The position numbers and the translations under genes were made by a program. A stretch of 64,000 nt of DNA, taken from positions 95,914,001 to 95,978,000 of the forward strand of contig NC_042997.1 in assembly GCF_006345805.1 (NCBI RefSeq), given 5' to 3'. The stretch comes from Octopus sinensis. Taxonomy: Eukaryota. Of this stretch, positions 13,301-27,789 are shown in pieces. The notes beneath the pieces are model-generated. The model did no database searches, had not been told where the DNA came from, and worked only from the letters and a program-made list of their open reading frames with translations. How positions within the stretch are numbered: position 1 is the stretch's first letter; every line of letters begins with the position of its first letter.

Positions 13301-14507
13301 CATTACTTCTTCGCGCACAGTCTTCAAAGTCGAAAGAAATTCGATAATGTAGCTTACAAGAAGCACAGAATTGTTTTGATTGCATTGCACTTGAGAATAC
13401 GCTTCTTCTTTCAGTTGCACCCGGAAGATAAATCATAACTATTATTCCACGCCATGCGACCATTGTACTTATACTCATCATAATAATTTATCTTTTGAAA
13501 TACCATTATCTCCTTTAGTGCAACGAAGGGTATAAGTTTAGATTCGTAAATCTATTTCAAAATAAATGTAACAAATATTTTAGTGAAAATACTCCAGCGA
13601 AGATAACATATTTTTTCCACAGTAAACTTTGAATATAAATATATTTTATAAAATTATTATATCTGTTCGTTCATTAAAAATTGCTTTCAATGCTATAAAT
13701 AAAAATATTAACCGGCAGGTTATTTTCTTTATTCTCTAATTATTCATTATATGATGAATTAAAACTGGTTGTTATTGTTATAAATGTCTTATACTATAAA
13801 GAGTTGTGAAATTATTAATGCAATTCGCATAAAGATTGTGTATTAGGAAGACGTTTGAACGTGGTATTAAGAGTATGTGACGCAGCTGAATATTTGAAAA
13901 TGATTTAATTATTAAAAATGTGAAGTCTTTCTATGATTTTTACTTTATGAATGCTGATATACGTAACAATATAAATGCCAACATGGCTATATGGTAAGAG
14001 GTTTACTTCCCAACCATACGGTCCGGGTTGAGTGCCACTGCGTGCTACTTATAGCCTCTTGCAGAAAGCCTTTTGAGTGGATTTGGTACACAGAAGCTAA
14101 AGAGGCCCGTCGTGTATATGTGTGTGTATATATGTGCGTGCGTGTGTGTATGTTTCTGTCTGTCTTTGTGTCTGTGTATGTCCCCACCATCGCTTGACAA
14201 TCGGTGCTGATGCGTTTACTTCCTCGCAACTTTGCTGTTCTGAAAAAGATACCGATAGAATAAGCACGGCATTTAAAAAAATATAAGTGCTGTGGTATTT
14301 TCTACAAAGAGGTGCGCCAGTATGACCGCAGTATAATGATTGATACAAGGAAATGATGAAAAATGATGTTATTAATCATAATTACTGGCAAATATCGCAT
14401 TTGGTGTCAAATATCATTCGTTTTAAACTTTCTAGCTCATGAAACAATTTGTAGCGTAGCAACTGGCGCGAATAATACCATTTTAATATTATTATCTGCA
14501 GAAGGAC

Positions 14508-15125
14508 GGTGAGCTAGAAGAATCGTTAGCACGTCTGCCACTACGTTCTGAGTTCAAATTCGGCTGAGGTCGACTTTGCCTTTCATCCTTTCGGGGTCGA
14601 TTAAATAAGTACCAATTACGCACTGGGGTCGATATAATCGACTTATTCCATTTGTCTGTCCTTGTTTGTCCTCTCTGTGTTTAGCCCCTTGTGGGTAGTA
14701 AAGAAATATGTATTTTGTCTGTCTTCATGTTTTGAGTTCAAATTCCGCCGCGGTCGAATTTGCCTTTCGTCCTTTCCGGGTCGATAAATTAAGTACCAGT
14801 TACGCACTGGGGGCGATGTAATCGACTTAATCCCTTTGTTTGTCCTTGTTTGTCCCCTCTATGTATAGCCCCCTTTTGGGCAATAAAGAAAGAAGTATCG
14901 TTAGCACGTCCGGCAAAAACTTAATGCTATTTCGTCAGTCTGAGTTCAAATTCACGTCAGGTCGACTCTGCCTTTCATCCCGACGGGATCGATAAAATAA
15001 ATACCGGCTGAGATCGACTCTGCCTTTTATCCTTTACGGGATCGATAAAATGAATACCGATCGATATAATTGACCTACACCTTTCCCTGGAAATGCTGGT
15101 CGTGTGCCAAAATTTGAAACCAATA
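14508..15125 (+). mobile_element. Cluster of about four successively truncated family B SINE copies
   Basis: GAGTTCAAATTC...GCCTTT(C)ATCC...CGAT(T/A)AA recurs four times in tandem. Confidence 0.8.
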
Positions 15126-16444
15126 TGATTATCCGCATTTTCTTTATTATAAGATATAACTGACTACTTTCAACACTTATATAATTTGAGGTATAGTTTC
15201 CCCTCTCCATTATATTGAAAGTTTATACCCGGATCGTATCTCAAAAAATTTGTACATTTGCTAACCTACGAAATGTATACATTGATATCATATCCTTACG
15301 CGTATAACTTAACGCTTGTCCTGTTGATACGATACACTTATAACTGCTACACGTCTTGTTTGTACTATGATACTGTGGCATTTCATAGCAACCTACATCG
15401 ACTGACTACACTTTAACAACAAGGTTAGACAACACTCACATTTATATTTCTATGATATACAAGTCACAATGTGTGCCATAATACTTATTATGCATCAGTG
15501 ATATAAGCCAAATAACATTACATTCTGATTTTGCTTTCAAAAGGAGAGATGCTGATTGGAAAATTCGACTGCTCATACGTGTATCACATTAGTTTTGTAA
15601 CTGATATTTAATGGTGTCTATTCCTCTGAACGTGATTACCGATGGCCTCTTCACAAAGAAAAAAAGAACAATTCTATTCAACCTCTCACATCTGCACGTT
15701 TGTTCAAAACTGCAAGAACCTTACACAATCGATTATTATGAAAATCATTCGCTACTGCACCTCCTTGGAATTTTCATTTAGAAACAAACTCTCACTCCCC
15801 TCCCTCCCAGTCCTTTCCCCCCACTTTGATACCCCCTCTCCCCCATCCCTCTCTCTATGCACATGTTTTTATTGAACAACTGGACTTTCAAATTACACGG
15901 TAAGCATTAACTGTATTGAACGGAATTTAAGAGCTTTAATTAAAAAGCTAATAATTACTTATTCTTCTAATGAACTGAAATTATGAAGGAAAATCTGAGG
16001 ATATTTGCTAAACTTGTAGTTCCCCAACACCACAAATATTTCTGTTGCCCTACGGATTAAATATTCCCCAACTAAAATTGAATAATAGATCAGCATTAAT
16101 GTCTCTGTTTTATCCACATCCAAATCGACTAAAATTTATATATATATATATACAGCTTGCATCTGGCATTTCAATTAATTCATTTACTTTACAGTACACA
16201 CAGCCTAAACGATTACTATTGACAGCATCAGCTACAGAAGCTTTGGGGCAAACTAATTAATTACATTTAGCGGTATTATTTATTTTCCCAGCATAAAACA
16301 AGAGCAGTTGCGTGTTTCAGAGTGGAATTATAAAGACAGATGTTCTGATAAGCCCACCGTACATCCGCGTGTCAGTCTATTTGTCTCTCCGCTCTCTCTC
16401 TCTCCCTCTCTCTCTCTCACTCTCTCTCTCTATCTATCTATCTG

Positions 16445-16493
<49 letters not shown>

Positions 16494-16495
<2 letters not shown>

Positions 16496-17579
16496 GTTTT
16501 TGTTATTATTATTATCATTATTGTTTTTTACGTATTTTCGTATTCTTATTCGTGTTATCATTATTATTTTTACGTATTTTTGTATTCTTATCCGTTCCCG
16601 TCCTTGTTTTGTACACATTCGAGGCTTTCTTCCAAGGAATCTAATGCGCTTGACTTAGGATTTTCCTTTGGGGCTGGCCAGGTCGGAGCAATCTCAAAAT
16701 TAATCAGCCGAAATTGCGAAGATGATCCGGTTTCTGACTGAAGATCGAAGGCTTCGAATGTCTCGTCCGTTTTTTTTTTGTTTTTTTTGTATCGTCTTCT
16801 AAATGTTTTGCGTTCTTGTCCCAGTTTGTGTGTTTTTTACATTTATCTTTTATATGGCGGTGCCCGTACCCCCTTTTTGATATTGTATGTGAAAAACATT
16901 TTTTCTCTAATACATGGTACGACTCTACAACACTGTCTCTCTCTCTCCCCCTCTCTTACATTTCTCTGCCTTTCACACTTTGCACTCCACTTTGACCCGT
17001 CTCTTCTCTCTCTCTCTCCTCTCCTCCACCTTTGTTCCTTGTTCCCTTTTTTTCTCTCTTCCTCTGTCCCGCTCACTCGTGACTAACTTTTGGACTGCTG
17101 TCCTGCCTTTTCGTGATCAACAGCCGTATAGGCCAGACACATTTTATTTCTCTCTTCGACTTTAGGCAATTTTTCAATGCGCCAGCTCAAGTTTACCCGT
17201 CCTGTCGTAAAGACACCTGTCTGTAACGTCCTGTTTTTGTTATTATTATTATCATTATTGTTTCTACGTATTTTCGTATTCTTATTCGTGTTATCATTAT
17301 TATTTTTACGTATTTTTGTATTCTTATCCGTTCCCGTCCTTGTTTTGTACACATTCGAGGCTTTCTTCCAAGGAATCTGATGCACTTAGCTTAGATTTTC
17401 CTTTGGAGCTGGCCAGGTCGGCGCAATCCCAAAATTAATCAGTCGAAATTGCGAAGATGATCCGGTTTTTGACTGAAGATCGAAGGCTTCGAATATCCCG
17501 TCCGTTTTTTTTTTGTTTTTTGTATCGTCTTCTAAATGTTTTGCGTTCTTGTCCCAGTTTGTGTTTTTTTTACATTTAT

Positions 17580-17580
<1 letters not shown>
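16494..17580 (+). mobile_element. Tandem partial repeats, probable Penelope-like pLTR fragments
   Basis: 16494-16847 is repeated at 17231-17580 (period ~737). The same family recurs at ~8716-9350, ~21380-21980 and ~27790-27915. PLE assignment is inferred from the tandem layout and the HHR-like motif. Confidence 0.55.
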
Positions 17581-17650
<70 letters not shown>

Positions 17651-17775
17651 AATAAAATATATATGCATATATACATATATGTACGTACCTACATCTACAT
17701 GTATATATACATGCATATATAAATATATATACGTGAGTACAGGACACGACAAATATATATATATATATATATATA

Positions 17776-18800
17776 CTAGCAATTCATCCTGGCGTTACCC
17801 GGGTGTTATGACCTAAGCCATATTGTATTATTTATTCCTTTCCTATAGACAGAATATATAGTGAAATATATATAATGAACTGTATTGCTGGCGTAACAGA
17901 AGTTGTTATTTGTTTAAAAGTGAAGCGGAAAGGGTAAAATTTCCATGAGTTTGCATAAAAGTGCTTTCTGTTCTTAAGAGAGATCCCAAACTAAGTATTA
18001 TTTCCTCGTTTAAAAGGGGATTAATACGATTTTGCCCAGAAATCGTATTTTCAAAATTTTTATTTCCCCCGTCCCCATCACAATCTCTTAATTTGTAAAT
18101 TTTCAAATTTTTTTTTATCCAGAACACAATATAAAATCTGAGAAATATATATTTTCGCTGAGTTTAATTTTTCTTAAAGAAACATTCAATGTCCCTTCCC
18201 CCACCTTGCCCATCCATCAGCTACCTGCTTTGAAAAAGTTAAAACCTCCCAATATTTCACTTTCGTCTGATGTTTCTCGCATCAGAATTGCGTAGAATTG
18301 TACTGAAATAGCAGATGTAAAAATTACCAGACCTTCATTACAAAACCCGACATGCTAGAAACAACAGGTAAACGACATTAGTTCTAAAGAAACTTATCCG
18401 CATTCCAAAAAGCCAAAAAGTGAAACATTGGGAGTTTGTAGCTGTTTAAAAAAGGGTTAGGTGATGGGTGGATGTTTGGGAAGGAGATTTTAGTGCTTCT
18501 TTAAGAAGAAAGGGAGAAGAAAATTTCATACTCTGCTTTTTTCTTCGTGGATTACTAACAAAACAATTTGGAAGAAAGTAAAAAAAAAGGAAGAAATTGG
18601 TGGGTGGGGAGAGAGAAAATTAAAATCGAAAACATAGGAGTCGGAAGAAATTTTATAGAAAAATAGGGTAGGACACGCAAATGTCACCTCGGACTTGCTA
18701 GAAACAACAGATAAAGGACAGGCTTTCTGGGAAAACTTCCTTTTAAGTTTATATTGAAGATCAAGCATTACAGAATAGAAAAATGTCATTTTAATTGGAT
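17776..18800 (-). mobile_element. Helitron-like element (3' end only is defined)
   Basis: Minus strand CCCGGGTAACGCCAGG hairpin then CTAG|T ending at 17776; 5' boundary not identified. Confidence 0.55.
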
Positions 18801-19762
18801 TTGAGCTGCAATTTTGGGCGTGCTCACAACAAGAAATAACATAATTCGTACAGCATTTTAATTAGAGTGTGTGCGTGTGTGTGAGTGTGTGTGTGTGTGT
18901 GCATGCGTGTGTTAAAGGAAACTGTTTTATTGCGTTCTTTCATTTGAAACAGCAAAGATGTCAACTCGATCATATGGTCAATCATATGGGATCTTATGAT
19001 TGCTCGTAAATTTTCGTAAAAGTTACTTACTTTTTATGCTTTGAAGTGAACAGAAAGTGAGAGGAGAAAGTGAAACAAGTATGTATGTGTATATGAAATG
19101 GACATGTGTGTGCGTGAGCGAGAGAGGGAGTATATGATTGAGTGAGTGAGTGAGTGAGTAAGTGAAAGTGTCTTGTTATGTATGTGTTTGTCTGTGTGCG
19201 AGTGGCACTCATTCACGGTCTCTCTTTCTCAGACACACACATTATCTTTCATTTAAACGTACATAAATATATAAGTATGTATTTTTTTGGATGTTTGCGT
19301 GCTTGTGCGTGTGCATGTGAGAGAGATAGTAAGTGACACACAAACACTCTTTTATATATATATATATATATAGATAAGCAGCTTCATTTAGTATAGTACA
19401 GATGTGACTAATTCGGAGAAACATTACTTTCATTATTCACACATTGTTACCCACGTGATGTAACACTTCGTAATATTGGTTCAAATTGAAAGTGTTGAAC
19501 CGATTTTCATTTTCTAATGAAACTTGATCGCGGTAGAGCAATGTCTCTCAAATAACTACAGCTGGCTGTTGAGATAACATAGCAAATATATAAATAAAAA
19601 TAAAGTTTAATTGGCAGCCGAAAGATTACTGAATATTTTGATACCGCATACATCAAAATCGGCAACTCAATTTTCGAATACGTAAGGAACATACATGAAC
19701 ACACACACACACACGCGCGCGCGCACACACACACACACACACACGAACTCTCTTATATATAA

Positions 19763-19889
<127 letters not shown>

Positions 19890-19892
19890 TTA

Positions 19893-20905
19893 CAGGGTGG
19901 GATGGGTAAATTTTCGCCATTTAATATTTTTAATTTCGCGCATGCACGTGGTCTGTTTATGATTTTGTCGGCTACACAGTACAGTAGGGATTTGTTGGGC
20001 ACCGTCTGTCAGAAAACAAGCCCCATGACGCAATTCACTCTGTCAGAAATTTGGAAACGACATGTACTATTTGGCATTCGCACCGAAAGCGCCAGTGCGA
20101 ACATTTCAGAGTATTGGGGTGTGAACGCAGGAGATTCGGAAAGAGTTGGATTAGTCTAATGATGATTAAGAAAGTACGGCAGCTCGGAAAATTCACTCTA
20201 ATTGTTCTGATAAGAAAAGAACTCCTAAATTTGTTGGTGAAATCCAGAACATGATTAACAGCGATCCCTCCAAGTCAATCAGATCTATCGCCAGCGACAT
20301 GGGAATATGTGAGTTTCATATCAGGCATGTAGCGCATGAAGACATGCTGTATTCTGATACAAGATGAGAAAGGGCCAAGTGTTATCCCAAGCCATCACGA
20401 ACATGAGAAAATACCACGCTAAGAAGCTTTTGAGCAACAACAAGCATTCCCTGCAACCAAACATGCGTTAGTTTTTCTCAGACGAGAAAAATTTCTGCCA
20501 GGAGCAGATAATGAACACATAGAACAACCGTTAGCTTGCTGTGTCACCAAAACATACTGAGAATGATATAACTCAAACATGGATTCAACGTCATGGTGTT
20601 TGGAGTGATCACTAGTGATGGCGACGTTATGTCTCCATTCATCGTTCCACACGGCCTAAGATTCTGCACAGAGGCCTACATCAGGTGCCTTGAGGAGGTA
20701 GTGCTGCCCTGGGTCAAGAGGGTGGCTGCTGGAAGATCCTATATCTGGCAACAAGACGATGCACCATGCCACACCAGCAGTAGAACCCAGTCATGGCTCT
20801 CAGGTAATTTCTGCGACCGCATCACTCTTAACATCTGGCCCCAGACTGCAACCCCCTTGATTATTATGTGTTGGGCGCAGTTGAGCAGGAGATCAATAAA
20901 TCTCC
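19893..20905 (+). mobile_element. maT/DD37D-type Tc1-mariner remnant
   Basis: TA|CAGGGTG start; MVFGVITSDGDVM..YIRCLEEVVLPWV..WQQDDAPCHTS..NIWP; disrupted. Confidence 0.85.
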
Positions 20906-21379
20906 TTGTAGCACAGAAGATACATATCCATACATACAGACATAGTACACAGTCACATAAACCCATACACACACAGACACACACAATGAGACAGAGGTAC
21001 ACATACGCACACATGGAAACACACACAAACACACAAACAGAAAGACGTGGATATGCAGAATACATACATACAAACGTACACACGTACATGCATATATGCA
21101 CGCGCGCACACACTCATACATACATGCATACACACATTTACATGCATGTGTATGCACATAAACACTGATCCACACACATGCGCAGAACGAAACAAAATGA
21201 ACGCAGCTCAGGTAACGGACAGAGTCAATGACTATCGAAAAGGCTGCATGAAGCAACGAAAATTTTAGAAAAATAAGTAAATGAGTGGAAACTTTCCCAG
21301 TAAGTTTGTTAAATAATAAGGCATTAAAAGAGAATGACTATCCCCAGACACAACTATATCTATATATATATATAAATCT

Positions 21380-21972
21380 CTCTGCTTTCCTCTGTTATCT
21401 CCCTTACACCTTTTCCTTTGTCCCTCTCTCCCTCTTTAGTTCTTTCCCTAATTCTTCAATCTCCTTGCTCCCTACCTCTCTCTATTCCTCGAAAGTGACC
21501 GGTGCTCAGCGAAGCATGATCTTTCTTTCTTGGCCTGACCGCAACTCCCACAACACCTTATTTTCTTGTCTCCTAACGTTCATCTATATTTGTGGCTGCA
21601 AGGCATCCACTTCGCACGCAAGCCTAACTTAACTTGTCCTTTTAGTCGAAAGACACCTGTTGTTATTCTTGTTGTTTGTATTTGTAATCGTGTAACATTT
21701 TTCTCTCTTTTCTCGTTTTTTTTTTGTTCGTGTTGCCTCTCATATTCAATTGCTTTCTTCCCAAAATTCAATGCCCTTAGCTTCAATTTTTGGGGTCAAC
21801 CAATTTTGAATGCTCTCAAGTGTAACAGGCCGACACTGTAATGATGAGTGGAAATTTCACTGATGGGATGGAAAGCTGCGAGTGTTCCGTCCTGGTTTTC
21901 CTGTACGTCTTTGTATTGTCCATCTGTCCGTATGTTTTCATTGTCTTACGCTACGTTCTTGTTCCGCTATTT

Positions 21973-21980
<8 letters not shown>
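21380..21980 (+). mobile_element. Fragment related to the putative PLE-end family
   Basis: AAGACACCTGT segment shared with ~17210, and a TCTTTCTTTCTTGGCCTG segment related to the reverse complement of ~9065-9100. Confidence 0.4.
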
Positions 21981-22003
<23 letters not shown>

Positions 22004-23528
22004 AAGAACATTAATACTCATCAGAGATATTAATGTTTGTGGCCGCAAGCTAAAATAGGCAAAATTAATAGATATATATATTTTTTAAAATATTTATAAC
22101 AAGGGTGTTTTTTTTAAGACGTCTCTTTTTCCTGCTCCTGAATTGAATGCAGGTTTACCTTATTGAACTATTTTGTTATATAAATTCTTACCAATTCTTG
22201 ATTTGTTACCACCTTTTGCTATTTTCTATGTCTTACCAACATACTACCTGCGTTAGCAAGGTTATGTTTTTCTGAATCCCCCCTATTAAGGGCCAATTAT
22301 TTTATTTACTCTCTTTTTGTGTAAAATCTTTACACATGGATACCTGACCGGAAAACGAGATGCAAGTAATCCTATTAGACGAACCATATCAGGAAATGTT
22401 CCCCACTCCCAAGTCACGAAGCGAGGGAAAAGGAGAATGTATCCGAACAAGAAATACAAAAGGAAATGTACCCGAAAAATAGTAATAACAAATTTAACTT
22501 TGCGTCTGTTGCGGGTGTCACAGGTTGACTCGGACGAGCTGGAGAAATACAAGTGTTTAATGCAAAAGAAGGGAACCAATGTAAAACAGATCCCACCTGG
22601 GGAAATGATGCACATCACAAAGAGGCATACAATAGTGTACAAGGCCTTCTCACTCAAAACGAAAATAATTGAAATGGCTACTAAAGAAGCAATCGAAAAA
22701 TGCCTGCAGCCGAAATATTGTTAGTAATCGCTTGTTTTTGGAATTATACATATTTTAACAATTAATTCTCTTGTATTTAAGATCAAATTAGTTGAAAGCA
22801 ACCTGTGCATTTTTTTGTCAACGTGAAGTAGAGACAATATTACAATTGTTTGGTATTGTGAACACGTACAAGCCTTTTGGCAATGCTTCTTAGATCTGCA
22901 ATATGAAAAATGCCTACATGTTGGCATCATGAACCCACAGCTTATGGTGTTCGGGTTAAGAAAAAGTACATATACTGAAAAAAAAATGTTTTTTATATAA
23001 GAGCAAATTATCAAAAACCACTCTTAGCCTCAAACACTTTAGACACTTTGTTCAGGACAGGTATTTTATTGAAACAAAACATCTTACAATAAAAGTAAAT
23101 AAGATGAGTTTTATAAAATTGGATGCTCTAAAATGAATTTGCACATGCGAAGTAATCCTCTATTATTGCTTCTTGTGGAACCACAAAAGAATATTATATC
23201 TGTATTAATTTTTTTTAGTGATTGACGACTGAATGTGTAGTAGTGTGTAGTCTATTTCTTATTTCTCTCTTCTTTTTCTCGCTTCTTTTTTTTAAGAAAA
23301 AGAAAAGTCCTATTCTCCATTTATCTTTATACAAGACTTCAGTCCCCTGGCTGTGCTGCCTTCAATTATAATAGGGAAAACAGGAAATAGAAAAATGGAA
23401 AAAAAATGGGAAAAAAAATACTACGAAGCTACAAAATTTAACACACTATCTTCACAGGCATGGTTGAAAAAAATACAGCAAAATAAGGATTGCATTCTTG
23501 CCTCTGTAAAATTGCAAGAATGAATGTT

Positions 23529-23892
23529 GGTTATCTTGATATCGTGATTTCGAATTTAGCGCCTAAAGCACGCTTGATTCTCCTGAGTCAAGTCTACTAG
23601 TAACAAATGAATTTATATCACTTCAATTAATATATGTGTTCGTTTCAGTACCAATGCCGCAAACATTAACATCTCACATGAATATTAATTTTCTTTATTT
23701 TTATAAAAAAATTGTATTCACTTAATTCGTTCGTTCTTTCTTTCTTTTTTTTCTTTGCAATGCAGTTTGAGCACTGAAACGAACACAGACATTGGTTGAA
23801 ATGATGAATAAGAGTTTGTTACTAGTATACTTGACTGAGGAAAATGAAGCGTGTTTTTAGCGCTAAATACGAAATCATGATATCAAGTTACC
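23529..23892. mobile_element. Foldback element (~135-bp imperfect arms), one hammerhead motif per arm
   Basis: Right arm (+, 23829-23888): ACTTGA-CTGAGGA-stem II-GAAA-T-CATG-A-TA-TCAAGT. Left arm (-, 23534-23593): same fold with core CTCAGGA and a well-paired stem II (GAAT/ATTC, AGCGT/GCGCT). Confidence 0.8.
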
Positions 23893-24109
23893 TTATATCC
23901 CTTCTTGTAAGACGCCATCCTCATTCCATTTTATTTTTTCCAACCATGCTTGTGAAAATATAGTGTTAAATTTGTTGCTTCGGAGTGCTTTGACTTTTAT
24001 TTTTAGCAAAGCTAAATACTTTTATACATACATATGTATATACATACATACACACATATATATATTATATATATGTATATACATACATACATACATATAT
24101 ATATATATG

Positions 24110-24184
<75 letters not shown>

Positions 24185-24221
24185 CCTATATATACATATA
24201 TATATGCACATATTTATATAT

Positions 24222-24289
<68 letters not shown>

Positions 24290-24840
24290 CGATTCGGATC
24301 GATCAAAGCCTTGTGAGTGGATTTGGTAAACGGAAACTGAAAGAAGCCCATCGTACATTACATATATATAATGTGTGCATGTGTGTGTGTCTTTGTGCCT
24401 GTGTCTGTCCCCGAATCACCGCTTAATAACCGGTCCGGTGTATTTAGGTTATCGTAACTTAGCAGTTCAGAAAAAGAGACGATATAATAAGTACTAGGTT
24501 TAAAAAGTAAGGCGGTGCTCCAGCATAACCGTAGTCAAATGACTGAAGTAATTAAAAGATAAAAGATAGATGAATTTGGGCAGCAATAGTTTAATTGTAA
24601 AATTTCGGATAGAAATCTTACAACTTATTTCTACAACATTTCCGATAACTAGGAGTCTTGTGACATTCGACTCGACAGCGTTGATACCAGAAATCTTACC
24701 ACATCTTATTCCTATCTGACAACTTTGACACTAGGATTTGCATAAAAATCATTTAAATTACTACAGATGTATAAAAGAACTGAAGGAAACATTTGCAATT
24801 TTTCTTTTTACAGAAGAATACAAGTAATTATTATACATAC

Positions 24841-24882
24841 CTCACCATTAAAGAAACAATACAGAAGAGCAACAAAGATCCC
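24841..24882 (-). CDS. Class B1 GPCR 42-nt TM7 exon
   Basis: ttttctttgcag|GGGATC...GGTGAG|gtatgt, translates GIFVALLYCFFNGE, the conserved 42-nt TM7 exon of secretin-family receptors. Confidence 0.95.
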
Positions 24883-25071
24883 CTGCAAAGAAAAAGTAAA
24901 TTATATGCAGATATTATAAAAATTCAAAATAGAGACAAAAACAGTTAATAACTGTTGCGTAGGTGTTAAATATTTTCATAATTGTCTTATATTAATTCTA
25001 GGAAGATTACTGCCTAATAATAATCTTGTAAATGTATTTATATATTTGCAGTTATCATGAACTATATATAC

Positions 25072-26060
25072 AGTACCGTGAAAAAGCCTTCGTCCACTCT
25101 AAAACTATTGTAAATTTCTACTAATTGCCAAATTGTAAGTGGATGTTTCTTATTGGGTTTTTTTTTTTTTTTTGCGGATGAAACATTGGCCCTGTTGGTA
25201 TCATTTCCATACCTAATCATTGTATTATATAATAGAGGTTCTGAATGAGAAGGGAAGATGCAAGACGACCACCAAAAATGACCGTGCAAAAGTTTTCAGC
25301 TACCTCCCATTGACCAATCAAGATATAGTGTTTTAAGACAGAAAAATGCCTATAATGAAAATTCATTACATAATATATGTTTGAAGAAGTTACTGTACAT
25401 TGTTAATATTTCGCGTGTCTTCCCTTAGTTTGAGTAATTGCGTCAATGAGTCTGGGAAGAGATGCGTACAAATCCTTCACGATCTTCACAGGTGTGAGAT
25501 GTCATTCTCTGTGGCTGAGCTCTTACAACTTTTCGAGATTGCATGGATTCTTCTGACGAACACTTCTCTTTTGTTCTGTCCACATTTGCTCAATGATATT
25601 TAAGTCAGGGCTCTGAGTAGGCGAATCTTTCAGTACGGTAACACCTTCATCAGTCAAACTATGAAGTGCTGCACGCGATCTGTAGCATGGAGTTCCGTTA
25701 TGCTGAATAATTTCACCTTCATCCAACTCAGGTATCAAATTGTCCTGCAGTACTCGATGTAACTGGCCCTATTCAAGTTACTGTCAATTTTAACTAAATT
25801 CCTTGAACCATCGCTTTTTATGTATCCATAAAGCATCAGACTTTTTAAAGCCCCCAAACGTCACTGATTTTGTCATGTAATATGGGTCGTTCGCTTTCCT
25901 GGAGGCCTTCTGACACATTCATCTAATACCTGTGAAGATGGTGAAGGATTTCTACGCATCCTTTAAGATTTTTCATAATGTTGGAAACCTTTTATAGAAT
26001 TATATTTTCCGAAGATTTTTTTTTTTAAATACGTTTATCTGCTATAAAAGTGATTACCTC
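25072..26060 (-). mobile_element. Tc1 (DD34E) transposase remnant
   Basis: IIQHNGTPCY...PTQSPDLNIIEQMW..KRSV..NPCNLEKL and an upstream KSVTFGG..LVKIDSNLNRASY; TA|CAGTACCGTG terminus-like sequence at 25072; other boundary uncertain. Confidence 0.75.
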
Positions 26061-27710
26061 ATTTTTTGTTTTTAATCCTTGGTTTTCTGTCAAGAGAAAA
26101 TGTGTAAATCCTTCTCGGATGAAATCCTAATTTAATTATGGCTTCATTGTTGACTGGTTTTATCATGACCACTTTAACAGTTTGCTTGGATGAAGCATTA
26201 TGCGGGTTCTATTTTATATGAAAGCACTCTACTTTTTTAGGGCTTAAATTGATTTATATATCCTTCTTCTCTTATTGGATCCTTATTTTCCTTTCTGAAT
26301 TTTAAAACTTTATTATTTGTTTTACAAAATATTATAATATATAAATTTTGTTAAATTTTGGGTATGCCCTTTCCACCTGCCCATAGTGACTTTCTTTGTT
26401 TTCTATTTTAGGTGCCTTTTAACTGATAAAAATAAAATAGTTTATGTCACCCCTACCCTCCCTCTTTTGGGCATATATCACTATCTTACTACTATCTTCT
26501 GAGACTTGTTCCTTTATGTAGTCATAGCGAATTTATAGCCACAGTAAATTAGGTGTAGGGAAGAATATATGGCATTAATTAATTTATGATCAGCAGCTAA
26601 ACCTTAACTGTCAATTCCCAGTGGTTTTAATTCTTAGTGGACGTGGAATTCTAGCTGCATCAGATCTTTTGATGGTGATAAGTAGATAGATATATTACCA
26701 TTTCATTACCCCCATTGTTATTCTCTTCTGCGCCTCCAAATTATTGTTGGAGCTTTTTCTCCCTAAGTTAATACTGCTACAATAATAGCAACCGGCATGT
26801 AATTATTTTTGTTCTCTAGTTCTAATGAAAAATTTGCTAAACATTTATAATGGAATATCTTGTATGTTGAAAACCTGGTTGGTCTTATGCATCCAAAAAC
26901 GACGGTGTATTTCAAATTGATTTAATGCTCGAATTGATCAATTAAATGGATCCCCTTGAACGCCTGTAATACACTAAATACTTCGATATCCTTGTAACTT
27001 ATTTGCTTTTTACTCACCTTACTTCGAGCTGTGCAGATAATACCAGACTGACTTGGTTCAAATATACAGCCACAGAAGCACACAGACACACACACACACA
27101 CACACACGCACACACAGAAATAAAATAGTCTCATTCACTCACATAGATACACACACTCGTGTGCATGCCTACATCGTAAGATATCGGCATATGTATGTTT
27201 ATATATACATATATGTACTGCATATATATATATATATGCGGGTGTTTGACACTAATGCACGGACGTTGCAAGAAACATACAAAAGGTTGTAAATTTAATC
27301 ATGTGTTCATTCTCTACAAACACTTGACAGATAACATTCAGAGCATTGATTGGTTGGACTTGTTCAGTCAACTGTTTTAGCCTTTACTTACGACCCCAGA
27401 CATTATCACTTAATACTAACACAGAAATAGCGGGGAAACTACAAAAATTTCTAAGACCAGTAATGTGAATATCTTGTAACAATTAAATGTTGTTCAAAAC
27501 CTATACTAATTAGAGCGGTGAACTTCCTATAAAAACGGGGCAACACTCAAACACTAGCCAGAAGAAAGACAGCTGCGACGTAAGCCACGTCTTGCTATTT
27601 GAACAATTTAAAATCATGTAAACTGGGTAACCGGTTAAAGCTTCAGACATATTAACAAAAAAATATTTTAACGGTTCTTAGTGCATTTTCAAATTCTGCT
27701 TTTTCCTATG

Positions 27711-27772
<62 letters not shown>

Positions 27773-27789
27773 ATATATATTAAGGTATG

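Noticed and set aside
22004-22045. Minus-strand CTGATGA next to (TA)n
   Set aside because: No GAAA half is present; it is explained by a short local palindrome.
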